Below, piece after piece: positions 17,415-26,448 of a DNA stretch of 48,593 bases. The notes beneath the pieces were generated by a model. The model was not told where the DNA came from. It worked only from the letters and a program-made list of their open reading frames with translations, and did no database searches. A program made the position numbers and the translations under genes. Origin of the DNA: an uncultured bacterium (GTDB lineage Bacteria > Muiribacteriota > UBA6191); assembly GCA_964650625.1 (NCBI GenBank), contig CAZYUV010000001.1:1-48593 (forward strand). Reading direction: 5' to 3'. Each line of letters starts with the position of its first letter. Position 1 is the stretch's first letter.

Positions 17415-18833
17415 ATGTTGTCTCAGCAAGGGAAATTTATGAAAATTTTAATCCTTTTAATAATGTTTACCACCTCCTTTGCAAATGATCAATTCGACCC
17501 GCAAGAATTGCTGAAGATGGGTCAAAAATTAGTGACCAAAAATCCGGTTAAAGCCGTAGAGCTACTTGAAAAAGCCTACCTCGTAAGATATCCAAAAGCA
17601 GATATACAAAAAGGTGTCTTTAAAGCATTACATGCAGCCTGCAACGCAGCACTCAAGAATAAAAAATATAAACAATTAAACCAGTTCGTAGACAAAGCAA
17701 TTATGTTAGGACTTCCAAGACCGGAAACCTTCATGGTCTATCTTATGATGGCAAGTCACGATCAAGGCGATTATAACCGCTGCATTGACTACGCCACTAA
17801 TATTCTAAGAAAGGATAAAGCTCACGATGAAGCATTGTTTTTTAGAGGTAAAAGCAAAGCAAAGCTAAAAAATTATAAGAAAGCCATTCTTGACCTCAAA
17901 AAAATCAGTTCGAATTTTGATTCAACTGGACGACGAAATTCCTTAGTAATTTTAGGAGAGGCGTATTATCACCGAGGTCAATTTGATTTGGCTATATCCA
18001 CTTTGAACCAAGCGCAGGGATTAAGAGAATCGAAAGACGTCGAAAAGTTTCTTCAAAAAATTGAAAATGACAAAACACTCGAAGAAGGTTACATCACCAG
18101 TAAGCCAAGCCCACATTTCGTAATACGTTCTAGCAAAGAAAAGCTAACTGAATTGCAGAAAACTCTTATCCCTATTTTAGAAAGGAGTTACAGAGATCTA
18201 ACGCAAATTTTTGATTTTTTTACCGAAACACCAATAACTATCGTTGTATATGATCCAAAGAAACGCAATATGGCAGTTCGAATGGGAAGCCCGAGTTGGG
18301 CAGCCGGCGTATACGATGGAGAAATTAGAATTCCATATGCAGAAACGCTCAGAGAAGAATATAAACTTGAAACTCTCCTAAGGCATGAATTAGGTCATCT
18401 TTTTCTTGATGCCCTAACTCACAATTCTGTCCCCACTTGGTTTAATGAAGGATTAGCTCAATATTATGAAAAACCCTTTATTTACTCGGGTCCAGATTCT
18501 TTTTCTGACCGTATTGATGCACCCATTTCAAAAATGTTCAAAAAAACGGTTGTTGAAGCTATTTCTGCTAAAAAAATCATGCCATACGACCGTATATCGG
18601 GTAGCTTCGCTTTGTTCAGAAAGAAAACCGCAACATTAGCATATGCCCAGAGTCTAATGATGTTCAAACATTTAATAGAGTCCCACGGATTATGGAGAAT
18701 ACGCAGAATGTTGCGACAAATATTTCAAGGTAAACACTTTGACGTAGCTTTTCAAACAGAGTTTGATTATCGACCTCAAGATTTCATCAATGGTTGGGTA
18801 ATCTACCAAAAAAGTGAATGGAAATTACCATGA
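17415..18833 (+). CDS. exported TPR-repeat protein with C-terminal peptidase-MA-like (HExxH...E) domain
   Basis: Probable start ATG 17439 (MKILILLIMFTTSFA signal peptide, AAGGGA upstream). TPR-like repeats in the N-terminal half. HELGH at nt 18384-18398 and WFNEGLAQYYE 16 residues later (gluzincin-like third ligand). Confidence 0.65.
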   Translation: MLSQQGKFMKILILLIMFTTSFANDQFDPQELLKMGQKLVTKNPVKAVELLEKAYLVRYPKADIQKGVFKALHAACNAALKNKKYKQLNQFVDKAIMLGLPRPETFMVYLMMASHDQGDYNRCIDYATNILRKDKAHDEALFFRGKSKAKLKNYKKAILDLKKISSNFDSTGRRNSLVILGEAYYHRGQFDLAISTLNQAQGLRESKDVEKFLQKIENDKTLEEGYITSKPSPHFVIRSSKEKLTELQKTLIPILERSYRDLTQIFDFFTETPITIVVYDPKKRNMAVRMGSPSWAAGVYDGEIRIPYAETLREEYKLETLLRHELGHLFLDALTHNSVPTWFNEGLAQYYEKPFIYSGPDSFSDRIDAPISKMFKKTVVEAISAKKIMPYDRISGSFALFRKKTATLAYAQSLMMFKHLIESHGLWRIRRMLRQIFQGKHFDVAFQTEFDYRPQDFINGWVIYQKSEWKLP

Positions 18834-20383
18834 AAAAATTAATCTACGTGCCGTTAGCCTTAATAATTGCTTTACTCCCAAGTGAGTTATCTGCTGCCAA
18901 GTTTAATCGAAATTCATCAGTACAATCTCTGACTAAAAATCTAGAGAACAGAGACAGAAAAAAGAAAGCTCACGCCATATTGGGATTAGCCCATCTAAAC
19001 CATACTGAATCTGTTGATTCTATTCGCAAAATGTTGAGGGACAAGCACTCTGTAGTTGTTAAGGCCGCCGTAAATGCTCTGGTAAAGTTTGTAGATACTG
19101 ATTCCACGGACGATCTCTACAGAGTTTTCAAAAAATCAAGAAAAAAGAAAGACGTTCAACGAACTATCCTACGTGCCTTCAAGACCCTTAACGATGATAA
19201 AACTGTATCATTTATCAGAAAATATCTTGGTAAACTTGACCCAACCACTGCTCAGGTTGCTTATATTACTTTGCAAGAAATACAAGAACCGTTTGTGTTT
19301 TCTTCCGACTCCGGACGAATCAGCTTGGATAGCTTCAGTATCAGTGGATATATTGGTCAAGGAAAACGCGCAAAAGTTAAAATAGGTCGAGAGTTTTTCG
19401 GAATCGAAGATACGATTTTAGGCTACAAAATAACTGCCATCGATCCGGATGAAGGTATCGTCAGCTTAGAAAAAGATAAAGAGATTTTCACTAAAGAAAT
19501 TGATACTTCTGGTCAGAATGATTTGGAAAAATCTATCGAAAAATTAAATTCTGATGAGGATGAGGTTGTATACAAAGCTTTGCTTGATGTGATTTACCAC
19601 AGGTCGAGTCAAGCTTCTGATGAAGTGCTAAGCCTTGCTTCAGGAAAAAACAAACCTAATATCAAATTAACTGCTATATATGCACTTGGTCAATGCGAGA
19701 TTACTGAAAGCGAGTCATTCTTAAAAAAACTTTTAGCTAAACCCAAGTCTTCGGATCAAATAATTCTAGCCGCTGAAGCCTTGAGTTTAATTGGTGATGA
19801 AAATGTATTAGACATCTTAGACCCTTTAGCTCAGCATAGTAATCCTTGGGTGCGCAATGCCATTATCTCTGCCATAGGTTATATGGAGTCACCAAATAGT
19901 GTTGGAACACTTGTACGAGGGCTAGACGACAAATTTGGTTTCATACGTAACAATGCTTACAATCAATTGATCAATCTAGCATCAGGAGATACTGTAGGTA
20001 CAATGGTTTCCATTCTCCAAGGTGGAGCTACTCGTCCTAGCCCCGTCAAAAATAATCTCATAGAGTTTTTACGAACAATCCCTGGCGGTGATAATCTGAA
20101 TAATCCATTTACTGGGATGAGTACTAAACGAAAAGCTCCTGCAATTAAAACCTGGAAACCATCATTTATTATTGTAAGTATCGGTCAATTTGGCACCAAG
20201 CCTGTATTAAAGGTTATCGAGAATGACAAAGAAATGAATCTCAAAGTCGGAGATTTCGTGGAAAATAGAGAGATTATAAAGATAGACGTAGAAGATGAAT
20301 CCATTATTGTAAAAGATGGAAAAAAAGAAATTATGCTTATACAAGGAGAGGGCGACGAAGCTCCGGCTGAAATATTCGAGTGA
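18818..20383 (+). CDS. exported HEAT-repeat protein containing two PilP/GspC-HR-like beta modules
   Basis: Probable start ATG 18830, in ATGA overlap with the upstream stop. Signal peptide MKKLIYVPLALIIALLPSELSA. PBS-lyase/HEAT-like repeats (LGLAHLNHTESVDSIRKMLRDKHSVVVKAAVNALV; NPWVRNAIISAIGYM). Two similar ~63-aa beta-rich modules at nt 19310-19500 and 20156-20344. Confidence 0.6.
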   Translation: MEITMKKLIYVPLALIIALLPSELSAAKFNRNSSVQSLTKNLENRDRKKKAHAILGLAHLNHTESVDSIRKMLRDKHSVVVKAAVNALVKFVDTDSTDDLYRVFKKSRKKKDVQRTILRAFKTLNDDKTVSFIRKYLGKLDPTTAQVAYITLQEIQEPFVFSSDSGRISLDSFSISGYIGQGKRAKVKIGREFFGIEDTILGYKITAIDPDEGIVSLEKDKEIFTKEIDTSGQNDLEKSIEKLNSDEDEVVYKALLDVIYHRSSQASDEVLSLASGKNKPNIKLTAIYALGQCEITESESFLKKLLAKPKSSDQIILAAEALSLIGDENVLDILDPLAQHSNPWVRNAIISAIGYMESPNSVGTLVRGLDDKFGFIRNNAYNQLINLASGDTVGTMVSILQGGATRPSPVKNNLIEFLRTIPGGDNLNNPFTGMSTKRKAPAIKTWKPSFIIVSIGQFGTKPVLKVIENDKEMNLKVGDFVENREIIKIDVEDESIIVKDGKKEIMLIQGEGDEAPAEIFE

Positions 20384-21534
20384 ATTATCGGTCTTGTGTA
20401 ATGAGTAGAGTACTACATCTTGTAGAACAGCAGTATCCTGAAAAACCTGGGGGCGTTGAAAGATACTTATACTTTTTGATGAAAAACGCATCCTCTCATT
20501 CTTCCAAGGTAGGTCACGAAAAAGTAAGCTATTTTCAACGTACGGCTGTAACATTTGGAATTCATCAGCCATATGGTATAAAACCTCAGACACTGGGACA
20601 TCCATTTGCAATTGAACAAAGAGTCAATAAATGGATAGAAGATAATTCAATTGATGTAGTTCACGTTCACCATACGGCAGCTTTTGGCTTGAATTTACTA
20701 CAAAAGTTAGCTAAAAAACGCCCCTTGGTTTTACACTGGCATGATTATTTTGTTTTGTGTCAAAGAACTCAACTTTTAACTTATAGAAATAAAATATGCA
20801 CTGGACCTTCAATGATTAAATGCTCCATGTGTCTTCAAAACAAAAAGGCCTTCGCAAAAAAAATTTTAATGCCAATCTCAGTTCAGTGGCGAATGATAAA
20901 TGCTCATAAATTAATGGATGCTTGCGCAGCCATAGTTATTCCGCAGAAAACCATTGGACAGAAAATTCCAAAAATTTTTCGTAAGAAATGTGTCGTAATA
21001 CCATATCAAAGCGAAGCAGAATGGGATGTAGATTTAGGTCTTACTAAAGAAGCAAAAATTTCCAATCCTCTAACTGCAAATTCTTGGTGCGTAATTGGAG
21101 GACCTAATTCTCACAAAGGCATCTCTGAATTTATCGATGAATTAAAAGATATAAATTTTTCTGGTCGACTCGAAGTGTTTGGAGAAGGCTGGGAGCAAGT
21201 TAATGGTTTACCAAAATTTGTTAAAGTCAGAGGTAAGCTTTTTAGCAAAAAGCAATTAGTTAACTGTAGTCACTGGATTATACCGTCTAAATGGCTGGAA
21301 ACAGGCCCGCTTGTCGCTATCGAGGCTCATAAAATGGGTTTGTCGGTATGGGCGCGTAAAGGTTCTATTTCGGATTACATGGCAAATTTATACCAAGTTT
21401 CTGTATTCGAAAGTGCTAACGATATTTATAAAGGAATAAAATCTTATCGAAAAGAAGGCACAAAGCCGAGTTGGACTAGCATTTTAGATAGCTACGCATC
21501 ACTCTACACAAAACTTAACAAAAATTTTCGATAA
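20380..21534 (+). CDS. glycosyltransferase, GT4-like (GT-B fold)
   Basis: VLHLVEQQYPEKPGGVERY at the N-terminus, and SKWLETGPLVAIEAHKMGLSV in the C-terminal half. The start is GTG 20380 (GTGA overlap) or ATG 20401. Confidence 0.7.
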   Translation: MNYRSCVMSRVLHLVEQQYPEKPGGVERYLYFLMKNASSHSSKVGHEKVSYFQRTAVTFGIHQPYGIKPQTLGHPFAIEQRVNKWIEDNSIDVVHVHHTAAFGLNLLQKLAKKRPLVLHWHDYFVLCQRTQLLTYRNKICTGPSMIKCSMCLQNKKAFAKKILMPISVQWRMINAHKLMDACAAIVIPQKTIGQKIPKIFRKKCVVIPYQSEAEWDVDLGLTKEAKISNPLTANSWCVIGGPNSHKGISEFIDELKDINFSGRLEVFGEGWEQVNGLPKFVKVRGKLFSKKQLVNCSHWIIPSKWLETGPLVAIEAHKMGLSVWARKGSISDYMANLYQVSVFESANDIYKGIKSYRKEGTKPSWTSILDSYASLYTKLNKNFR

Positions 21535-21610
21535 ATTTTTTTGAATCATGCAGAATATTTATGAAATTGCTACAATTCAAAAGCTATAAGCCCATTAAAA
21601 GGAGTTTGAA

Positions 21611-22270
21611 ATGTCTAAGATAGCAGTAATTTTATCCGGCTGCGGAGTATATGATGGTTCTGAAGTACATGAAGCTGTTTTGACTTTATTATATTTATCT
21701 CAAGCTAATCAGGAAGTTACTGTAATGGCTCCGAATATTAATCAAATGCACGTCATTAATCATGCTAACGGGGAAGTGATGAATGAAAATCGCAATGTTT
21801 TAGTTGAATCGGCTAGAATAGCGAGAGGCCCCGTATTAAATATAGCTGATGCCAATCCAATAGATTATGATGCAGTAATCATACCTGGCGGTTTCGGTGC
21901 TGCTAAAAATCTCAGTGATTTCGCAGTAAAGGGTTCGGAAGGTAATATTAATGAAGATGTTAAATCTTTTCTAGTTTCATTTCATAAGCTTAACAAACCT
22001 ATTGGAGCAATCTGTATCGCTCCAGCCCTTCTGGCTATACTTGAATCGGATATAAAACACGGTTTCGAGTTAACCATTGGCAGTGATGTTGAGACTGCTC
22101 AGATTATAAATGATCTAGGGTGTACTCATCATAATCGTGAAGTATCTGAGATTTGTGTAGATACTGATAATAAGATAATTTCTACTCCAGCTTACATGTT
22201 AGGTCAGAACATTGCGGAAGTCTCTATTGGTATTGAAAAGTTAATTAAAAAAGTTCTCGAACTTTGTTAA
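21611..22270 (+). CDS. elbB: isoprenoid biosynthesis glyoxalase ElbB (DJ-1/PfpI superfamily)
   Basis: MSKIAVILSGCGVYDGSEVHEAVLTL, IIPGGFGAAKNL and GAICIAP are collinear with ElbB. AAGGAG Shine-Dalgarno sequence 6 nt upstream of the ATG. Confidence 0.9.
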   Translation: MSKIAVILSGCGVYDGSEVHEAVLTLLYLSQANQEVTVMAPNINQMHVINHANGEVMNENRNVLVESARIARGPVLNIADANPIDYDAVIIPGGFGAAKNLSDFAVKGSEGNINEDVKSFLVSFHKLNKPIGAICIAPALLAILESDIKHGFELTIGSDVETAQIINDLGCTHHNREVSEICVDTDNKIISTPAYMLGQNIAEVSIGIEKLIKKVLELC

Positions 22271-22282
22271 CAAAATCTAAGT

Positions 22283-23671
22283 TTGAAATATTCATTATAC
22301 AAAATCAGAATGCACTTCTTACTGCATATCCTCATAGTCAGCTTTGCTTACTCGAGTGGCGTCTCAAACTACGAGAAAACTAATACTTGGCCACCTCCGA
22401 ATCGAGAAACTAGTACCGTAATATATCGTAAAGCAATATTATTCTTAGATCATTTAGCTTCCCTTGATTTCGACCTTGCTTCTAAAAGCTTTCACGATGG
22501 ATTTCCAAAAAAACAGTTGCAGTCTCAACTAAAACAAACATGGTCTCAACACATCCTATCTCATGGAGACTATAGAGAACTTAGACAAATGAGCATTTCG
22601 CGCAGTGAGCATACTTTTCACTTTCTCGCTCGTATAGTGTTTGAAAAACATGAGTTGGGATTAAATTTGGATTTTAATAAAAACTTAGAAATTAATAGCT
22701 ACTCTTATGTACCTTTAAGAAAATTATTAAAAGTACCTCAGGTTAAAGTTCCTTATGATAGACCCCATAAATATACAATTAAACACATTTCAATAGGCTC
22801 TGAAAAACATCCTCTTAAAGCAAGGCTATATTTGCCTAATGGTATAAAAAATCCATCCATCGTTATTCTTACTCATGATTTTGGGCCACAAGACCTGGAA
22901 CACAGAACTGGTATTAACGGATTTTTTAAGGATATAGCTACTGGATTAGCTAGTAATGATATTGGATGCTTACTTTATCCAAAAAGAAGTTATGTTCATA
23001 AGATGCCTAAAGGGCAACTAATTCATCCATCTTGGGAGGTTCTTGAAGATATTTATAATGCAATCTTTCAAATAAAAACATTGCCTATGACACACAGCTC
23101 AAATCTAATATTATTGAGCTATGGATTCAGTTCTTATTTCGTGCCGTATCTTGCTCGTAAAAAATTATTTAAAGGTTACATATTATTAAACCCTTCTTTT
23201 CGCCACCCTATTGATGTTCTGTTTGAAATAGAAGAATTCTTTTTGGCAAAAAATACTGATATAAAATCATCTCAAAATCAAATTGAAAACCTTTACAATC
23301 GAATACAAATGATTCATCAAAAAAAACTTGCCAGAACTGAAACAGTTTTTGATTATCCTGCAAGTTATTTTTACGGTTTAGATAGATTTAAACCTGAAGC
23401 TTTTAAAGAAAACGAAGTTCAAGAACCCTTTTTATCGCTAATTGCAAAACGAGATTTTGCATCTAATCCAGCAGACTATCAACTACTAGAAGTCATTCTA
23501 AAAGAAGCCATCCACCGACTAGAAACATTTCCCAAGCTGAATCGCATTTTTCATGTGGGAGATAGACTCAATCCCAAACAAGATTTTTTAACGCCTGGAG
23601 TAGTCTCTGCTCATGTTATAGGTGAAATAAAAAAATTTATTAACCTAGTAGATCGAAGAGCAAATAAATAA
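22283..23671 (+). CDS. exported protein: DUF3887-like N-terminal domain plus alpha/beta-hydrolase-fold domain (nucleophile motif degenerate)
   Basis: Signal-peptide-like MHFLLHILIVSFAYSSG follows the ATG at 22310. IVILTHDFGPQDLEHR...GCLLYPKRS resembles dienelactone-hydrolase-like proteins. The expected GxSxG position reads SYGFSSY. Confidence 0.45.
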   Translation: MKYSLYKIRMHFLLHILIVSFAYSSGVSNYEKTNTWPPPNRETSTVIYRKAILFLDHLASLDFDLASKSFHDGFPKKQLQSQLKQTWSQHILSHGDYRELRQMSISRSEHTFHFLARIVFEKHELGLNLDFNKNLEINSYSYVPLRKLLKVPQVKVPYDRPHKYTIKHISIGSEKHPLKARLYLPNGIKNPSIVILTHDFGPQDLEHRTGINGFFKDIATGLASNDIGCLLYPKRSYVHKMPKGQLIHPSWEVLEDIYNAIFQIKTLPMTHSSNLILLSYGFSSYFVPYLARKKLFKGYILLNPSFRHPIDVLFEIEEFFLAKNTDIKSSQNQIENLYNRIQMIHQKKLARTETVFDYPASYFYGLDRFKPEAFKENEVQEPFLSLIAKRDFASNPADYQLLEVILKEAIHRLETFPKLNRIFHVGDRLNPKQDFLTPGVVSAHVIGEIKKFINLVDRRANK

Positions 23672-23706
23672 AGCTAGCCGAAACATCTGGCTCGAATATT
23701 AGTAAC

Positions 23707-24414
23707 TTAATCTTTTTTGGATGAAGAAAACTTTAATAACCTAAAAATAAATAGAACGCTACAAATCACAAACACCTGAAAGAGAACTCCCAAGTTTTCA
23801 GAACTCCTGTTATTAATTCCTGCTCCCATAAAACTTTTCAAAAAAGTTTCGTAATTGGCACGATTTAAATCCTTTACCTCATCTTTACTCAGAGAATAAA
23901 CATGTAAAAAGCGAGATCCAATTGGAATTAGCGTACTTTTGTAGAAAAACTTTATGCCATTTTTAATACACATTAATTCAAGATGAGCAGAACGAACACC
24001 ATCTACCATTCTGACATCAGATAGAAGATTCGATGCATTGATATCATCATATGAAGCATCTACTAAAAATTTTTTAGTGATTGTAGAAAAAGTTTCGGCT
24101 AAGCTTTCAGAATAGTCCACCGAACCAGCCCATTCCTCGAAAATAATGATCCCCACATGATCATCTGATTTGAAATCAAAAAGGCGTCCTTGATTATTTT
24201 CTAATCGAGCAATTACAGGTGCAGAAAATTCGTCAATATAGTATTTGAGAGTTTTTCTTGTAATTTCATTTACATCAGAATTTTCGTGCCAATTATTAGG
24301 CAAAACAAAAGAAACACCGTTACCATAATAGAAGAAACTTTCTTTAGTGTTTTGTACGGTAGAAGCTTCTGGTACTCCCGATAACATTACTGCCAAAAAA
24401 ATCAAAATCTTCAT
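23707..24414 (-). CDS. hypothetical exported protein with C-terminal membrane anchor
   Basis: Signal peptide MKILIFLAVMLSGVPEAS and C-terminal TM LGVLFQVFVICSVLFIFRLL. No catalytic motif recognised. Confidence 0.45.
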   Translation of the reverse strand: MKILIFLAVMLSGVPEASTVQNTKESFFYYGNGVSFVLPNNWHENSDVNEITRKTLKYYIDEFSAPVIARLENNQGRLFDFKSDDHVGIIIFEEWAGSVDYSESLAETFSTITKKFLVDASYDDINASNLLSDVRMVDGVRSAHLELMCIKNGIKFFYKSTLIPIGSRFLHVYSLSKDEVKDLNRANYETFLKSFMGAGINNRSSENLGVLFQVFVICSVLFIFRLLKFSSSKKD

Positions 24415-24443
24415 AGGTAAAAATTAATGTTAGCATTTTCAAA

Positions 24444-25283
24444 ATGAAAATTTATGCTAGTTCAGATATTCATGTAGATTCTCATGATCTAAATTTAAGG
24501 TGGTGGGAGAAACTACACAAATATTGTTTAATTAACCCACCGGAAATACTCATAATTGCGGGCGATTTGGCGGAAACTATAGATGGCTGGGATAACGCAC
24601 TCCAACTATTTAAAGACTGTAAATTTAGCCGTTTGATTGTACCGGGAAATCATGACCTTTGGTGTCGTAATGAAGATTTGAGCAGTGAAGACAAACTCAA
24701 TGTTATGCTTCCTGAAATATGTTCTAAAAATCAATGGATTTATCTACCTAAGCAAACTTTCAAAATTGATAATTGGACCTTCGTAGGTAGCCCCGCATGG
24801 TACGACTACTCCTTGATGCCGTCCGATCACCCTTTTACACTAGATGATTTTATTAGCTATCAAAGAGGTGGTAGACGTTGGATGGATAGCCTTTTTTGTA
24901 AATGGAAAGAATTTCAGGGCCCTAAACGAGATTTTGAATTAACAGATTATTTTTATTATAAACTTGATGAACAACTTAAAAAGGTAATGACGGATAATAT
25001 TTTTCTAGTCACTCACTTTCCATTCTATCCAGAATTTTTAAATTTCACCGGTAAAAATTGGGATTTTGAGTATTTTGGAGCTTTTATGGGAAGCAAGAAA
25101 TATAGGAGTTTGCTTGATAATTATCCAATAAAACAACATATTTGTGGCCATCTACATCGTTTCGCACGCACTACAGTTGCGAATTGTCAGGCCTACTTGA
25201 GTCCTGTGGGATACGTAAAGGAATGGGCTGGTATGAGCGTACAGGAAAGACTTTCCGCCTGTCTATTAACTATTGAGGTTTGA
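24444..25283 (+). CDS. calcineurin-like metallophosphoesterase
   Basis: All five signature motifs appear in order: SDIHVD, AGDL, PGNHDLW, VTHFP and CGHLHR. Confidence 0.85.
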   Translation: MKIYASSDIHVDSHDLNLRWWEKLHKYCLINPPEILIIAGDLAETIDGWDNALQLFKDCKFSRLIVPGNHDLWCRNEDLSSEDKLNVMLPEICSKNQWIYLPKQTFKIDNWTFVGSPAWYDYSLMPSDHPFTLDDFISYQRGGRRWMDSLFCKWKEFQGPKRDFELTDYFYYKLDEQLKKVMTDNIFLVTHFPFYPEFLNFTGKNWDFEYFGAFMGSKKYRSLLDNYPIKQHICGHLHRFARTTVANCQAYLSPVGYVKEWAGMSVQERLSACLLTIEV

Positions 25284-26283
25284 AATCTAAATGCGTTACA
25301 AACCAATTTCCTTTCTCATAGAAAACGGTCACATTTGCATTCATTTCATTACCTAATTTTGTTTTCGATTTTCCAAAATAAACCCGTTCAACATTAGCCT
25401 TTGCTTTATAATCAGTTGGCTTGAATTTATGTTCTACAAATCCTATATCAATTAAACGTGAATGTAGTTTTAATAACTTAAGCCGTTTGTCCATTCCCCA
25501 CGACTCAAGACGCTTTGGATGAAAAAAGCCTTCAAATACAGTGGCGCGATCCTTTGAAAAAGTCCCTAAGAATTCTGTAACCGCTGTATGTGCTGCTTTT
25601 TCTTCCCGCCTTTTTCTATCCTCACTATTCACTTGGAAGCCCGTAATAAAAAGTTTTTTACTTTTTCCTAGCTTTCGTAAGATAAATTTTAGTTCAAAAT
25701 TTCCTTGGGCTTTACCAACGTATTCTAATGAACCACTAAGACTTGCATTATCATCCCAAGAGTTAAAATTTTTCTCTTCAAAATCTATATTATTTATCTG
25801 GTCAAAATAGAATGCAGATGATCGTAACAATAGACGAAAATTATTATTATTAATTTTTTCTCTGTAGGGTTTATCCATCATGGAATATGCTCTATTGTAA
25901 TCTCCATCATTTAAAGCTTTAAAGAATTTCTTTGTAAGATCTTCTGCTAGGGGAAATTTTTGGCTAGATAAGTAAAACCATAAACCTAAGCCAATTAAAA
26001 TTCCAAGCAATAAAACAACTATTATCCCAGCGATGACACTGCGTTTAGAATTTGCCGTTGAAGCTTGAATTTGATTTTCTTCTGGTACATCATCGGTATT
26101 TTCTAGCTCTAACGAATCAAATTCATCTGACTCATCCAATTCTTCCAAGGATTCCGAATCTGAGAATAAATCTTCCTCGTCATTCAAAAGACTATCTTCA
26201 CCAAATTCGTCTTGCTCAGTTTCATCCCCAGGAGGTCGTTCATTTGAGGAAGCTTTCTTTTTAAGTCGATCTAGTAAACCCAT
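25270..26283 (-). CDS. hypothetical bitopic membrane protein: acidic N-terminal region, one TM, two NTF2/DUF4864-like repeats
   Basis: MGLLDRLKKK start, ~70 aa rich in D/E, and TM VIAGIIVVLLLGILIGLGLWFYL. Two similar halves follow, beginning FFKALNDGDYNRAYSMM and TEFLGTFSKDRATVFEGFF. Confidence 0.5.
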   Translation of the reverse strand: MGLLDRLKKKASSNERPPGDETEQDEFGEDSLLNDEEDLFSDSESLEELDESDEFDSLELENTDDVPEENQIQASTANSKRSVIAGIIVVLLLGILIGLGLWFYLSSQKFPLAEDLTKKFFKALNDGDYNRAYSMMDKPYREKINNNNFRLLLRSSAFYFDQINNIDFEEKNFNSWDDNASLSGSLEYVGKAQGNFELKFILRKLGKSKKLFITGFQVNSEDRKRREEKAAHTAVTEFLGTFSKDRATVFEGFFHPKRLESWGMDKRLKLLKLHSRLIDIGFVEHKFKPTDYKAKANVERVYFGKSKTKLGNEMNANVTVFYEKGNWFVTHLDFKPQ

Positions 26284-26448
26284 TTGTTGCTATACTCCAC
26301 TTTTAACTTCGGATACCCTGTTTTCTAGGATAATGCTCCACGGCGGGAGCATAACAATTAGTTTTTCATAACATGAACAAATCATGATAAATCATACTAA
26401 ATTTGACTACCTAAGCTTCGTCATGTCTAGTCTCTGGCATACCGATAT

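Noticed and set aside
20207-20611. Two antisense ORFs of identical length (134 aa), at 20207-20611 and 41988-42392. Possible repeated hidden gene.
   Set aside because: The two translations share no similarity, so the equal length is coincidence. Both lie antisense to glycosyltransferase or HEAT-protein genes with clear motifs.
21520-21545. All-A/T palindrome AAAAATTT-TCGAT-AAATTTTT at the end of the seven-gene operon, as a possible terminator.
   Set aside because: The stem has no G:C pairs and would be very unstable. It overlaps the stop codon region and is typical AT-rich sequence.
26333-26352. 7-bp GC-containing hairpin ATGCTCC-ACGGCG-GGAGCAT in the divergent intergenic region 26284-26448.
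   Set aside because: It lies between divergent starts, so it is not a terminator. No T-run follows it and I saw no second copy. It cannot be interpreted without transcript or conservation data.
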